Below are positions 7,437-15,849 of a DNA stretch of 24,279 bases, in pieces. The notes under the pieces were generated by a model. The model was given only the letters and a program-made list of their open reading frames with translations, was not told where the DNA came from and ran no database searches. The stretch comes from a virus (taxonomy: Duplodnaviria > Caudoviricetes), in IMG/VR virus record IMGVR_UViG_3300031996_000014, positions 1-24,279 of that record, one strand, 5' to 3'. Every line of letters begins with the position of its first letter. The first letter of the stretch is position 1. Both the position numbers and the translations under genes were made by a program.

Positions 7437-8537
7437 ATGGAACACCTCCGCCGTCTCACCGTGTTCGCCGTCGTCGAGAAGCTCCTCACCCTCGCCGCGC
7501 TCACCCTCGTCGCCGTCACCGTCGGCGGCCAGCTCGGCCCCATGCTCGGCCTGCACGACCGCCTCGGCCAGGCCGCCGGATGGTCCATCGCCCTCGTCTA
7601 CGACGCCCTCTGGATCGGCGCCCTCCGCATGTCGGAGGTCGCGATCCGGCAGCGTTCCCGCCTCGGCATGGCCGTCATGCTCGGCCTGTCCCTCGCCGCG
7701 CTCGGCGTCTCCACCGGCACCCTGCTCGTCCTCGGCCACGCCAAGGTGTTCGCCTTCGTCCCAGCCGCCGCCGCCCTCTTCATGGGCCTGCGCCTGTTCG
7801 TCGACAACGTCCTCGCCGACCACGACACCGCCAGCCAGATCGCCGCCCAGTCCGCCGCCGACCGCAACACCCGGGCCCTCGCCGCCGCTGACGCCCGGCA
7901 CCTCCGCTCCACCGCAGTCACCGACGTCGTCACCGAGACCGCCAGCCACCTCGGCGAGATGGAACGGCAGATCGCCCGCGCCGAGACCCTGACGACGGCG
8001 GAGGCCCGGATCGCGAAGGCCCGCGCGAAGGCGGAGGAGCGACTGCGGAAGGCCGACAAGAAGCACGGGGCGAAGGCGCAGGCGTTCGCGGCACGGACCC
8101 TGACGCTGGCCGTGCCGACCCCCGGCACGCCCGTCCTGCCCACCGGCACGGGCCGTCCCGCCGCCAACCCGGCTCCGGCCGTCGAGGCCGCCCCCGTCAC
8201 GCCCGCCGAGCAGCCCGGCACAGGCGCCGACACGCAGGTCACCACCCCCAAGACCGCCGCCGACGGCACAGCCGACACGCCCCCGGCACAGCCCGTCACG
8301 CTCACCGACCTCGCCACCGTCACGGGCGTACCGACCCCCGTGCCGGGCGAGCCCCTCACCGACGCGCAGCTCGACGTCGTCCTGCGTTACCTGCGCTACA
8401 CCGACGACCCGCCCCGCTCCTACCGGCAGGCCCGTGACGACTTCCGCGACCGCGGGTTCGTCGGCAGCGAGGAGCGCGTCCGCCGCACCTGGACCGCCCT
8501 CATCGTCAACGAGGTGGCCACCCCCGTCAGCGAGTAG
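7437..8537 (+). CDS. SpdB/SpdB2-like (DUF2637-type) membrane protein
   Basis: About 4 N-terminal TM helices with IALVYDALWIG, coiled coil, Pro/Thr linker, C-terminal HTH-like SYRQARDDFRDRGFVGSEERVRRTW; this matches the architecture of Streptomyces plasmid spread proteins. Confidence 0.65.
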   Translation: MEHLRRLTVFAVVEKLLTLAALTLVAVTVGGQLGPMLGLHDRLGQAAGWSIALVYDALWIGALRMSEVAIRQRSRLGMAVMLGLSLAALGVSTGTLLVLGHAKVFAFVPAAAALFMGLRLFVDNVLADHDTASQIAAQSAADRNTRALAAADARHLRSTAVTDVVTETASHLGEMERQIARAETLTTAEARIAKARAKAEERLRKADKKHGAKAQAFAARTLTLAVPTPGTPVLPTGTGRPAANPAPAVEAAPVTPAEQPGTGADTQVTTPKTAADGTADTPPAQPVTLTDLATVTGVPTPVPGEPLTDAQLDVVLRYLRYTDDPPRSYRQARDDFRDRGFVGSEERVRRTWTALIVNEVATPVSE

Positions 8538-8611
8538 CCCAGCCTCCGGCACCACCAGTGACGGCCAGCACCCCGCGGTCCTGGCCCTCGCTGCGACTGC
8601 CGGACGCAGTC

Positions 8612-8694
8612 GACCCAGGAACGGCGAGTGACCCGGCGAGCAGCACCCGTGCAGACCCGGCGAGCAGACCCTGACCAGCCCTTCCCGACCCGTG
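8612..8694 (+). repeat. Cluster of GACCCnG direct repeats including a 14-bp exact repeat
   Basis: GACCCAGG 8612, GACCCGGC 8630 and 8654 (GACCCGGCGAGCAG x2), GACCCTGA 8667, GACCCGTG 8687, CACCCGTG 8644. Confidence 0.65.
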
Positions 8695-8705
8695 AGGACC
8701 GTCCC

Positions 8706-8918
8706 ATGACCAGCCAGGGCGCCGACGAGCGCCGTATCCGCGCCCTCCTCATCCGCATGGGCGTCGGCCCCCAGGCAGGCCACCCGGACCTGCCGGACGC
8801 TCCGCGCCCCGGCCCTTCGGCCGAGCGGACTCCCGCTGTCGTGGCCACGGTCCTCACGGCCGGGACCTGCCTCTTCCTGCTCTCGGCCCTCCACGGGCTC
8901 GCCAACCTCCTGACCTGA
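8706..8918 (+). CDS. Small protein with C-terminal TM helix
   Basis: GAGGA RBS, ATG 8706 (MTSQGADERRIRALL...); VVATVLTAGTCLFLLSAL. Confidence 0.7.
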   Translation: MTSQGADERRIRALLIRMGVGPQAGHPDLPDAPRPGPSAERTPAVVATVLTAGTCLFLLSALHGLANLLT

Positions 8919-8926
8919 AGGTCGTC

Positions 8927-9211
8927 ATGCTGCTCGCCATCTGCCTCGCCGGGCTCGCCCCCGGCCTCACCACCGCCTGGCTCTTACGCCGTCACGGCTG
9001 GCTCCGCGCCGCACTCGCCGGCCTCGCCATCACCCTCGCCCTGCCCGGCCTGCTCATCCTGGCCATGGTCGCCATGCCGCCGCTCGGCTACGTCGTCGCC
9101 GCCTGCTCGGCCGCCATCGCGGTCAAGGCGTACGACGAAGGCCGGGTGCTGGTCGGCACCGCGTGGGCGGCGGTCCTCGTCGTTGCTTTCGCCTGCGCAG
9201 GTGCGCTGTGA
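8927..9211 (+). CDS. Small polytopic membrane protein with in-frame TTA codon
   Basis: Almost entirely hydrophobic 94 aa; codon 20 (8984-8986) is TTA. Confidence 0.8.
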   Translation: MLLAICLAGLAPGLTTAWLLRRHGWLRAALAGLAITLALPGLLILAMVAMPPLGYVVAACSAAIAVKAYDEGRVLVGTAWAAVLVVAFACAGAL

Positions 9212-9789
9212 CCCGCCGTCCGCCGATCACGCCGACCCGGGTCATCCCGGCCGGGCAGCAACTGCCCGCACCCGCCGGACCACCGCCGCCTCCTCCGCCC
9301 GTGCCGCCGGGCCCGCCCGCCGTCCCGGATCCGGACTGGTGGCGGACCGGATCCGGACCGTCCGGAGCGCCCCCGCCCGCCCCGCTTGACGTCCACGTCC
9401 ACGTCACCATCGACGCAGGTGGACCGCCCTCTCCGCCGGATCCGGACCCCGGACAGCGCTGGTGGCGACGGATCCGCTGGGGCTACAACGCGGCCCTCGC
9501 CGTCCTCGCCCTGGCGCTCGCCGGACCGTGGGGCGCCGTCCTCGCCTCCGTCCGCGACGAGGAGTCCCTCGCCGGCGCCTGGGTCATGGCCCTGATCCCC
9601 CTCGTCGTCCTCGCGGTCCTGGACAACGCCCGCCGCGTCGAAGCCGCAGCTGCGGCCCCCGATCTGTGGGCTCCCAAGCTCCGCGCCGGCCTCATCCGCT
9701 ACCTGCTCTGGGCCGCCGTCCTCGGCACCGTCCTCACCCTCCCGCTCACCACGCTCGTCTACGCCCTCACCGGAGTGACACCCGCATGA
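9208..9789 (+). CDS. Pro-rich N-terminus plus 3-TM membrane protein (spd-like)
   Basis: GTGA overlap; ITPTRVIPAG, poly-Pro, DVHVHVTID, then three hydrophobic segments. Confidence 0.8.
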   Translation: MTRRPPITPTRVIPAGQQLPAPAGPPPPPPPVPPGPPAVPDPDWWRTGSGPSGAPPPAPLDVHVHVTIDAGGPPSPPDPDPGQRWWRRIRWGYNAALAVLALALAGPWGAVLASVRDEESLAGAWVMALIPLVVLAVLDNARRVEAAAAAPDLWAPKLRAGLIRYLLWAAVLGTVLTLPLTTLVYALTGVTPA

Positions 9790-10367
9790 ACACCACCGTG
9801 GCCGCCGGCCAGTACACGACCGCGACCATCTCCACCGCCGGATTCGCCCTCGGCCTGGCCCTGCTCGGCGTCGAGCTGTGGCGCTGGCACAAGGGCGGAG
9901 GCGGCCGTGCCGCAGGCCCGGGCGCCCCCGCGGGCGGAGGCGGCCGCGACCCGAAAGCCCTGATCCCGCTGGGTTTCGGCATCGTCTGCGGCATCCTGAT
10001 GATCGCCTGCCCCGCCGGACTCCTCGGCACCCTCGCCAGCTTCCTCCGCTGGGGCGGCAACAGCGTCGGGGACGTCGCCATGAAGTGGGCCACCGGGGTG
10101 CCCAGCCAGACGCTCGGCACCGCCGCCACCCCGCGCATCGACGGCTACGGCGCCATCGTCGTCGCCGCCCTCGCCGTCACCCTGATCCTGCTGCGGAAGA
10201 ACATCGCCAAGGTCACCAAGGGCCGCTGGTGGAAGGGCGTGCTGGTCGGCGTGCTGCTGTGCGTCTCCACCGGCACCGCTGCCCTCGTCGCCCAGCAGGT
10301 CATCGCCGGAGTCAACGGCCTCGGCGCCTGGGCCATCGGCGGACTCGCCACGGGGACGATCGTATGA
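9786..10367 (+). CDS. Polytopic membrane protein
   Basis: ATGA overlap with GGAG RBS; MNTTVAAGQY...; 4-5 Gly-rich hydrophobic segments. Confidence 0.8.
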   Translation: MNTTVAAGQYTTATISTAGFALGLALLGVELWRWHKGGGGRAAGPGAPAGGGGRDPKALIPLGFGIVCGILMIACPAGLLGTLASFLRWGGNSVGDVAMKWATGVPSQTLGTAATPRIDGYGAIVVAALAVTLILLRKNIAKVTKGRWWKGVLVGVLLCVSTGTAALVAQQVIAGVNGLGAWAIGGLATGTIV

Positions 10368-11170
10368 GCGCCCCGACGACGATGCAGTGGCTCCGGCAGG
10401 CCGGGCAGCGTATCTGCACCGGCTCCGGGCGCCTGGCCGCGCACCTCGCAGGTGGTGCGGTACGGCGGGGGAGTCGGGCCTGGCGGGCCGCTTTGGGCTG
10501 GCTGGGGGAGTCGTCCGGTGTGGGCTGGGTGCTGCGTCTGGCGGTGCTGTTGGGGGCGGCCGCTCTCCTCCGGAAGATCGTTTCAGGCGTCGCGGCGTCG
10601 GTGTACCGGGCCGTGGAGTCCGGCGCCGCGCCCGGCCTGATGTGGGGCGCCGCCGCAGCGTGGCTCATCGCCGCGTACCGGTGCGGCCGCGACAGCTGGA
10701 CGCCCCGTCGCCCCGCCGAAGCGCCGGCCGTCGAGCAGTCGACGGACGAGGAGCCCGAGGACGACGGCCAGGAGGAGGACGAGGTCGACGCCCCGCAGGC
10801 CCCCGCCGGGCCCCGGCTGCCCGACCTCCTCGACCTCCGCGTGGCCCTCCATGCGGTGGGCACGCCGCACGCTCATCTGGCCGTTCTCGCCGGCCACATC
10901 GGCACCACCCCGGAGCGTGTCCGGGAGGCCCTGACGCAGTGGCAGATCCCCATCGAGACGGTGCGGATGCGGGGCCGTGGGGCGTCGACCGGCGTGAAGG
11001 GAGGCGACGCGGCCCACCCCTCTCTCGCCTACGGCCCCGACGATGTTGCCGTTGTTGCCGCAGGTCAGGACGCCAACAACAACGACAACAACGCGGACGG
11101 TGCCGAGTTCACGACGGTGCCGGACGTGGTGAACCCGCACCGCACGCACGTCGTGTGGCGCGACCAGTAG
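10364..11170 (+). CDS. Membrane-anchored protein with acidic linker and putative C-terminal winged-helix domain
   Basis: ATGA overlap; two TM segments, DEEPEDDGQEEDEVD linker, HAHLAVLAGHIGTTPERVREALTQWQIPIETVRMRGRGASTGV. Confidence 0.7.
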   Translation: MSAPTTMQWLRQAGQRICTGSGRLAAHLAGGAVRRGSRAWRAALGWLGESSGVGWVLRLAVLLGAAALLRKIVSGVAASVYRAVESGAAPGLMWGAAAAWLIAAYRCGRDSWTPRRPAEAPAVEQSTDEEPEDDGQEEDEVDAPQAPAGPRLPDLLDLRVALHAVGTPHAHLAVLAGHIGTTPERVREALTQWQIPIETVRMRGRGASTGVKGGDAAHPSLAYGPDDVAVVAAGQDANNNDNNADGAEFTTVPDVVNPHRTHVVWRDQ

Positions 11171-11259
11171 ACCCCGGGGCGGGCCGCTCCCAACCGCCAA
11201 GAAGAGCGCGGCCCGGGCCCCGGTTCCACCCATCCCGATCACGAGACAGGAGCACCATC

Positions 11260-11430
11260 ATGGGCATCCTCAGCCGCAGGAACCAGACCGAGCCCAAGCC
11301 GCAGAGCCTCGACACCGTCGTGGACGGGCTCCCACGCCAGGTCGCCGACTGGTCGCCAGAGCAGCGCGCCGCCTACGCCGCGGCGTCCGACCGGGTCATG
11401 CGCGAACAGGGCGAACAGCAGACGCGGTAG
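11260..11430 (+). CDS. 56-aa hypothetical protein
   Basis: AGGAG RBS, MGILSRRNQTE... Confidence 0.65.
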   Translation: MGILSRRNQTEPKPQSLDTVVDGLPRQVADWSPEQRAAYAAASDRVMREQGEQQTR

Positions 11431-11484
11431 CCATAGCGCTGCCACACTGGTGGCTGCGCGCCGGGTAGCGCCCGGCACCTCACG

Positions 11485-11514
11485 GCCCCGCCAGGCCCCC
11501 CGTCCTGGCGGGGC
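11485..11514 (+). terminator. Hairpin ending the accessory operon
   Basis: GCCCCGCCAGG-ccccccgt-CCTGGCGGGGC, perfect 11-bp stem followed by TT. Confidence 0.6.
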
Positions 11515-11536
11515 TTCCGCGCGAGAGGATGAGCCC

Positions 11537-11815
11537 ATGCCAGCCTGGCCGCGTCGCAACCGACCCGCCGCGTCTGCCCCCGAGCGCGCGAACCCCACCC
11601 GGATCGCAGTCCTCGAACACGACCTCTTCGGCATCCTGCCCGAGCCCGGCACGGCCGCCGCCCTCGTCATCGCCATGCGCCGCACCGGCACCTGCGTCGT
11701 CCACGAACCTGTTGAGACGACCGGCCTCGGCGAGGCCCAACCGAACGGCCTGTGCACGCGATGTGGCGCCGCCATGGTGCTGGACGGCGACGCGTGGCGC
11801 GCCGCAACCGCCTGA
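11537..11815 (+). CDS. Hypothetical protein with C..H...CxxC metal-binding motif
   Basis: GAGGA RBS; RIAVLEHDLFGI, CVVH...CTRCG. Confidence 0.7.
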   Translation: MPAWPRRNRPAASAPERANPTRIAVLEHDLFGILPEPGTAAALVIAMRRTGTCVVHEPVETTGLGEAQPNGLCTRCGAAMVLDGDAWRAATA

Positions 11816-11828
11816 ACCTCAACCGCGC

Positions 11829-11858
11829 TTGACGTTTCGGGCGATCATGCCGCACCAT
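11829..11858 (+). promoter_or_regulatory. Putative promoter upstream of the packaging/structural operon
   Basis: TTGACG-N18-CACCAT, overlapped and followed by CATGCC/GGCATG half-sites. Confidence 0.5.
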
Positions 11859-11944
11859 GGGCCGCAGATCTGGCATGCCCGGAACCAGAAGCACCAGACA
11901 CGGCATCATGACCCCCGTACCTCACGCCCGTTCCTGGGGGGACC

Positions 11945-12397
11945 ATGAGCCACACCACGCCACGGCAGAACCCGCGCGCCGAGAAGGCCGCTAAGAAGAT
12001 CTTCCTCTTCGGCTGCCTGCCCGTCCTCGCCCTCGTCGTCCTGCTGATCATCGTCGGCAGCGCCCTCGACAACGACGACGACAAGCCCGCCGCCAAGCCG
12101 CCGGCCTACACCGTCGTCAAGCAGGACGACAGCGGCAATCAGCGTCAGGTCGTCGTCGAAGTCACCACCACCAACGGCCTCCGCGCCGTCTTCGACGCCG
12201 TCACCGACGACCTCAAGCAAGAGGCCGGCTACTACGTGCAGATCAACTGCTCGACCGGCGGCACCGCCAAGGTCGACAACCGGCTCGCCAACGGCCGGTA
12301 CGCCGTCGGTCACATGGGCTCCGTGGTGACCGGCATGGACGAGGGCGACACCGAGTTCTCCACGAACGAAGGCCGGAGCTGCCCCGCCAAGGGCTGA
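11945..12397 (+). CDS. Membrane-anchored exported protein
   Basis: Basic N-terminus, TM LPVLALVVLLIIVGSAL, linker, soluble domain with two Cys. Confidence 0.8.
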   Translation: MSHTTPRQNPRAEKAAKKIFLFGCLPVLALVVLLIIVGSALDNDDDKPAAKPPAYTVVKQDDSGNQRQVVVEVTTTNGLRAVFDAVTDDLKQEAGYYVQINCSTGGTAKVDNRLANGRYAVGHMGSVVTGMDEGDTEFSTNEGRSCPAKG

Positions 12398-12474
12398 CCC
12401 CGAACGTTCACCGACCGGCCCCGGCCGCACCTGCTGCGCGCCGGGCCTTCGCACGCCCCAAGGGAGGTGACCCC

Positions 12475-12963
12475 GTGGCCGTACGCAAGGACATGCGCCG
12501 GGTCACCGACGAAGACCGCGCCGAGATCATCCGCCTCCACGGCGAAGGCAAGGGCCGCAACGAGATCGCCCGGCTCATCGGCCGCGCCCAGCGCACCGTC
12601 TCCCTCATCTGCCAGGAAGAGGGCCTCGTCTTCGACGTCACCATGACCGAAGAAGCCACCCGCCACCGCATCGCCCAACTCGCCGAACGCCGCGCCATGC
12701 TCGCCGAGGCACTCCAGGACGACGCCGAGCGCCTCACCGAGCAGATGTGGCAGCCCGCCAAGGTCTTCCGGATCGGCGGCGGCGCGAACAAGTACACCGA
12801 GCACGAGGTGGAAGAGCCCCCGGCCGACGCGAAGAAGGACCTGATGGCCTCGGCCGGCATCGCCATCGAGAAGTCCCTGAAGCTCGTCCCGCCGGAGCGC
12901 GAGGACCTGGAGGGCCTGGCCGCAGTCGACCAGTGGCTGAGGGGGATGATGCCGGGCGAGTGA
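12475..12963 (+). CDS. terS: Terminase small subunit (N-terminal HTH)
   Basis: GGAGGTGA RBS; GKGRNEIARLIGRAQRTVSLI HTH; directly upstream of and overlapping TerL. Confidence 0.75.
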   Translation: MAVRKDMRRVTDEDRAEIIRLHGEGKGRNEIARLIGRAQRTVSLICQEEGLVFDVTMTEEATRHRIAQLAERRAMLAEALQDDAERLTEQMWQPAKVFRIGGGANKYTEHEVEEPPADAKKDLMASAGIAIEKSLKLVPPEREDLEGLAAVDQWLRGMMPGE

Positions 12964-14273
12964 GTGAGGGGGCAGCGATGTTCACTCCCCTCGCCGGGAA
13001 GGCACTCCGCTCCACCCAGCTCGCGACCGCCCGCGGGAATCTGTGGGAAGGCGCGGTCCGCTCGTCGAAGACGATCAGCAGCATCATGGTGTGGCTGCGG
13101 TACATCCGCAGCGGCCCGCCCGGCGCGCTGCTGATGGTCGGGAAGACCGAGCGGACGCTTAAGCGGAACATCATCGACGTCATCGTCCAGATGATCGGGA
13201 AGAAGCGCTGCGACTACCGCGCGGGCGCGGGCGAGGTCATCATCTTCGGCCGCACGATCTACGTGGCCGGAGCGAACGACGAGCGGGCCGCCGACAAGAT
13301 CAAGGGCTTGACGCTGGCGGGCGCGTACCTCGACGAGGTCACGACGTACCCGGAGAACTTCTTCCAGATGCTGGAGACCCGGCTGTCGGTGGAGGGCGCG
13401 CAGTGGTTCGGCACGACCAACCCGGAGGGCCCGAACCACTGGCTGAAGAAGCAGGTCCTCGACCGGGCCCGCCTGCACCTGCGCCGCGACGGCACGATCG
13501 TCGAGACCGCGGACCCGGACGCGTTGGACGTGCACCGCTTCAGCTTCGTCCTCGACGACAACCCGAGCCTGCCAGCCGCCTACGTCGACAGTCTGAAGCG
13601 GTCGCACCAGGGGCTGTTCTTCAAGCGGTACATCCTCGGCGAATGGTGCCTGGCTGAGGGCGTGATCTACGACTGCTTCGATGAGGCCCGGCACGTCGTG
13701 GACCTGGTTCCGGAGATCTCCCGCTGGATGGCCGTGGGCATCGACTACGGCACGGTCAACCCGTTCGCCGCGCTACTCATCGGGGTTGGAGCGGACAACC
13801 GGATGTACGTCGCCTCGGAGTATCGGCACGACTCCCGGGTGGCGAAGCGGCAGCTGACGGACGCGCAGTACAGCGTCGGCGTGCGCCGCTGGCTCAGCCA
13901 GTACGAGCACCGTGGGCAGAAGGGTGTGCAGCCGAACTGGCTGTTCGTGGACCCCAGCGCGGCCAGCTTCATGACGCAGCTGTGGTCGGACGGCGTGCCC
14001 GGGGTGGCGCGGGCGGACAACGAGGTGAAGGACGGTATCCGGTCCGTGTCCACGGCCCTCGGTGAGAACGTCCTGTCCATCCACCGCTCATGCACGGGCC
14101 TCCTGGAGGAGCTCCCGGCGTACGTGTGGGACGCGAAGGCGTCGGAAAAGGGCATCGACCAGCCGCTGAAGGTCGACGACCACAGCGTGGACGGCCTGCG
14201 GTACGGACTGCACAGCTCAGTGAACGAGTGGCGGCACCTGCTGCCCAAGACGAGCCTGGAGGTGGCGGCGTGA
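12960..14273 (+). CDS. terL: Terminase large subunit, PBSX-like
   Basis: Walker A EGAVRSSKT, Walker B AYLDEV, TTNP, nuclease GIDYG, DPSAA, DDHSVDGLRY. Start GTG 12960 or ATG 12978. Confidence 0.95.
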   Translation: MSEGAAMFTPLAGKALRSTQLATARGNLWEGAVRSSKTISSIMVWLRYIRSGPPGALLMVGKTERTLKRNIIDVIVQMIGKKRCDYRAGAGEVIIFGRTIYVAGANDERAADKIKGLTLAGAYLDEVTTYPENFFQMLETRLSVEGAQWFGTTNPEGPNHWLKKQVLDRARLHLRRDGTIVETADPDALDVHRFSFVLDDNPSLPAAYVDSLKRSHQGLFFKRYILGEWCLAEGVIYDCFDEARHVVDLVPEISRWMAVGIDYGTVNPFAALLIGVGADNRMYVASEYRHDSRVAKRQLTDAQYSVGVRRWLSQYEHRGQKGVQPNWLFVDPSAASFMTQLWSDGVPGVARADNEVKDGIRSVSTALGENVLSIHRSCTGLLEELPAYVWDAKASEKGIDQPLKVDDHSVDGLRYGLHSSVNEWRHLLPKTSLEVAA

Positions 14274-15838
14274 CGCTCCCCGAGAAGAACACGCCGTGGC
14301 CGCCCGTCCACCCTGCGATCCGCTCCGACATGGAGGACTGGGCTGCCTGGTTCTCCGCCAACCCCGACCGACTCGCCTACCGGTACCGCAATCGCGGCAC
14401 CCGCACCTACGCACCGGGCCAGATCGGGCAGGTCCACAACCGGCCCTCCCAGTACCGCGGCGGCCTCGTCGGTGCCGTCGCCCGCTTCTTCTGGGGCGAG
14501 CCCACGCCGCTCGGCGAGAAGCGCGCCAACCTTCACATGCCGCTTGCCCGAGACATCGCCCGCACCAGCGCCGGCCTTCTCTACTCGGAGCCGCCGTCCC
14601 TCAAGGTCGGAGACAGGAACACTCAGCAGCGTCTCGAAGACCTGATGGACCTCGGCATGAAGCGCACCCTGATCGGGGCTGGGGAGACGGGCGCGGCTCT
14701 CGGTGGTTCGTACCTGCGGATCGTCTGGGACGACGAGGTTCGCGAACGGCCGTGGATCTCCAAGGTCCGCGCCGACGGCGCTGCCCCAGAGTTCGCGCAC
14801 GGCGACATCCTGCGCGCCGTCACCTTCTGGACCGTCCTCGCCAGCGACGGTCAGCGCATCGTCCGCCACTTGGAGCGGCATGAGCCGGGCGTCATCCTCC
14901 ACGGCGTGTACGAGGGCACCGAGAACAGCCTCGGCAAGCCCATCGACCTCGCAGCGTTCCCCGAAACCCGCGGCTTCCTGCCTGCCCGCCCGCTGCCTAT
15001 CGGGAAGCGGCTGGCCGTCGCCTACATCCCGAACACGATGGAGGCCCCCGACTGGGCCGACATCCCAGGCGCGGCCGGCCTCGGCACGTCCGACTTCCAG
15101 GGGGCCGAGACCTTCCTGTCCGCGATCGACGAGACGTACACGTCGTGGATGCGTGACGTTCGGCTGGCGAAGGCCCGCATCATCGTTCCGCAGGGCTATC
15201 TCATGACGCAGGGGCCAGGCGCGGGCGCGGTGTGGGAGGACCGGGAGGTCTACGCCCCGATGAACGTGCCGCCGACCATGGACCAGCAGATCACCTTGAA
15301 CCAGTTCGCGATCCGCCACGCCGAGCACAGGAGCACGATTGAGGAGCTGGTCGGCAAGGTCATCCGCAACGCGGGGTACAGCGGCAACACGTTCGGCGAC
15401 GACAGTGCCGGACAGGCCATGACCGCTACGGAGATCAAGGCCCGAACGGCTCGATCGATGACCACGCGCGCGACCAAGGCCGAGCTGGCGGCGACGGGTA
15501 TCGCCGACGTGGTCGAGGTGCTGCTGATGCTGGAGGCGTCGGGCATGTTCCCCGGCGTGACCGGCATCGAAGTCGAACGTCCGGACGTCGTCTTCCAGGA
15601 CTCTGTGCAGGACGACATCAAAACGCTCGCCGAGACCGCGGCGCTCCTCCAGCAGGCCGAGGCCGCGTCGACCGAGGTGAAGGTCGCGCTGCTGCACCCC
15701 GACTGGGACGAGGAAGACCAGGTTGCCGAGGTACGCCGGATCCAGAAGGAGACCGGCCGGCTCGTCGAGGACCCGCTGACCTTGGGGGCCGACCGGCCGG
15801 ACTTCGGCAAGCAGGACGGCGGAAGCGCCGACGAGTAG
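14270..15838 (+). CDS. Portal protein (SPP1/A118-like)
   Basis: Follows TerL with GTGA overlap and GGAGG RBS; about 520 aa; IDETYTSWMRDVRLAKARIIVP, TATEI motifs. Confidence 0.9.
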   Translation: MTLPEKNTPWPPVHPAIRSDMEDWAAWFSANPDRLAYRYRNRGTRTYAPGQIGQVHNRPSQYRGGLVGAVARFFWGEPTPLGEKRANLHMPLARDIARTSAGLLYSEPPSLKVGDRNTQQRLEDLMDLGMKRTLIGAGETGAALGGSYLRIVWDDEVRERPWISKVRADGAAPEFAHGDILRAVTFWTVLASDGQRIVRHLERHEPGVILHGVYEGTENSLGKPIDLAAFPETRGFLPARPLPIGKRLAVAYIPNTMEAPDWADIPGAAGLGTSDFQGAETFLSAIDETYTSWMRDVRLAKARIIVPQGYLMTQGPGAGAVWEDREVYAPMNVPPTMDQQITLNQFAIRHAEHRSTIEELVGKVIRNAGYSGNTFGDDSAGQAMTATEIKARTARSMTTRATKAELAATGIADVVEVLLMLEASGMFPGVTGIEVERPDVVFQDSVQDDIKTLAETAALLQQAEAASTEVKVALLHPDWDEEDQVAEVRRIQKETGRLVEDPLTLGADRPDFGKQDGGSADE

Positions 15839-15849
15839 CGGGGGTGCGC

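Noticed and set aside
8612-8694. CRISPR or mini-array
   Set aside because: Repeats are 14 bp or shorter with irregular short spacing; no cas genes.
7437-11170. Holin/spanin lysis cassette
   Set aside because: No endolysin nearby, own repressor-controlled promoter, and DNA-binding-like tails; lysis genes usually lie after the tail genes.
13159-13161. TTA triplet in terL
   Set aside because: Out of frame (CTT AAG); TerL is uninterrupted.
12747-14269. Upstream starts given by the ORF track for terL (12747) and portal (14090)
   Set aside because: Would overlap the preceding genes by about 180-220 bp; coupled starts at 12960/12978 and 14270 fit better.
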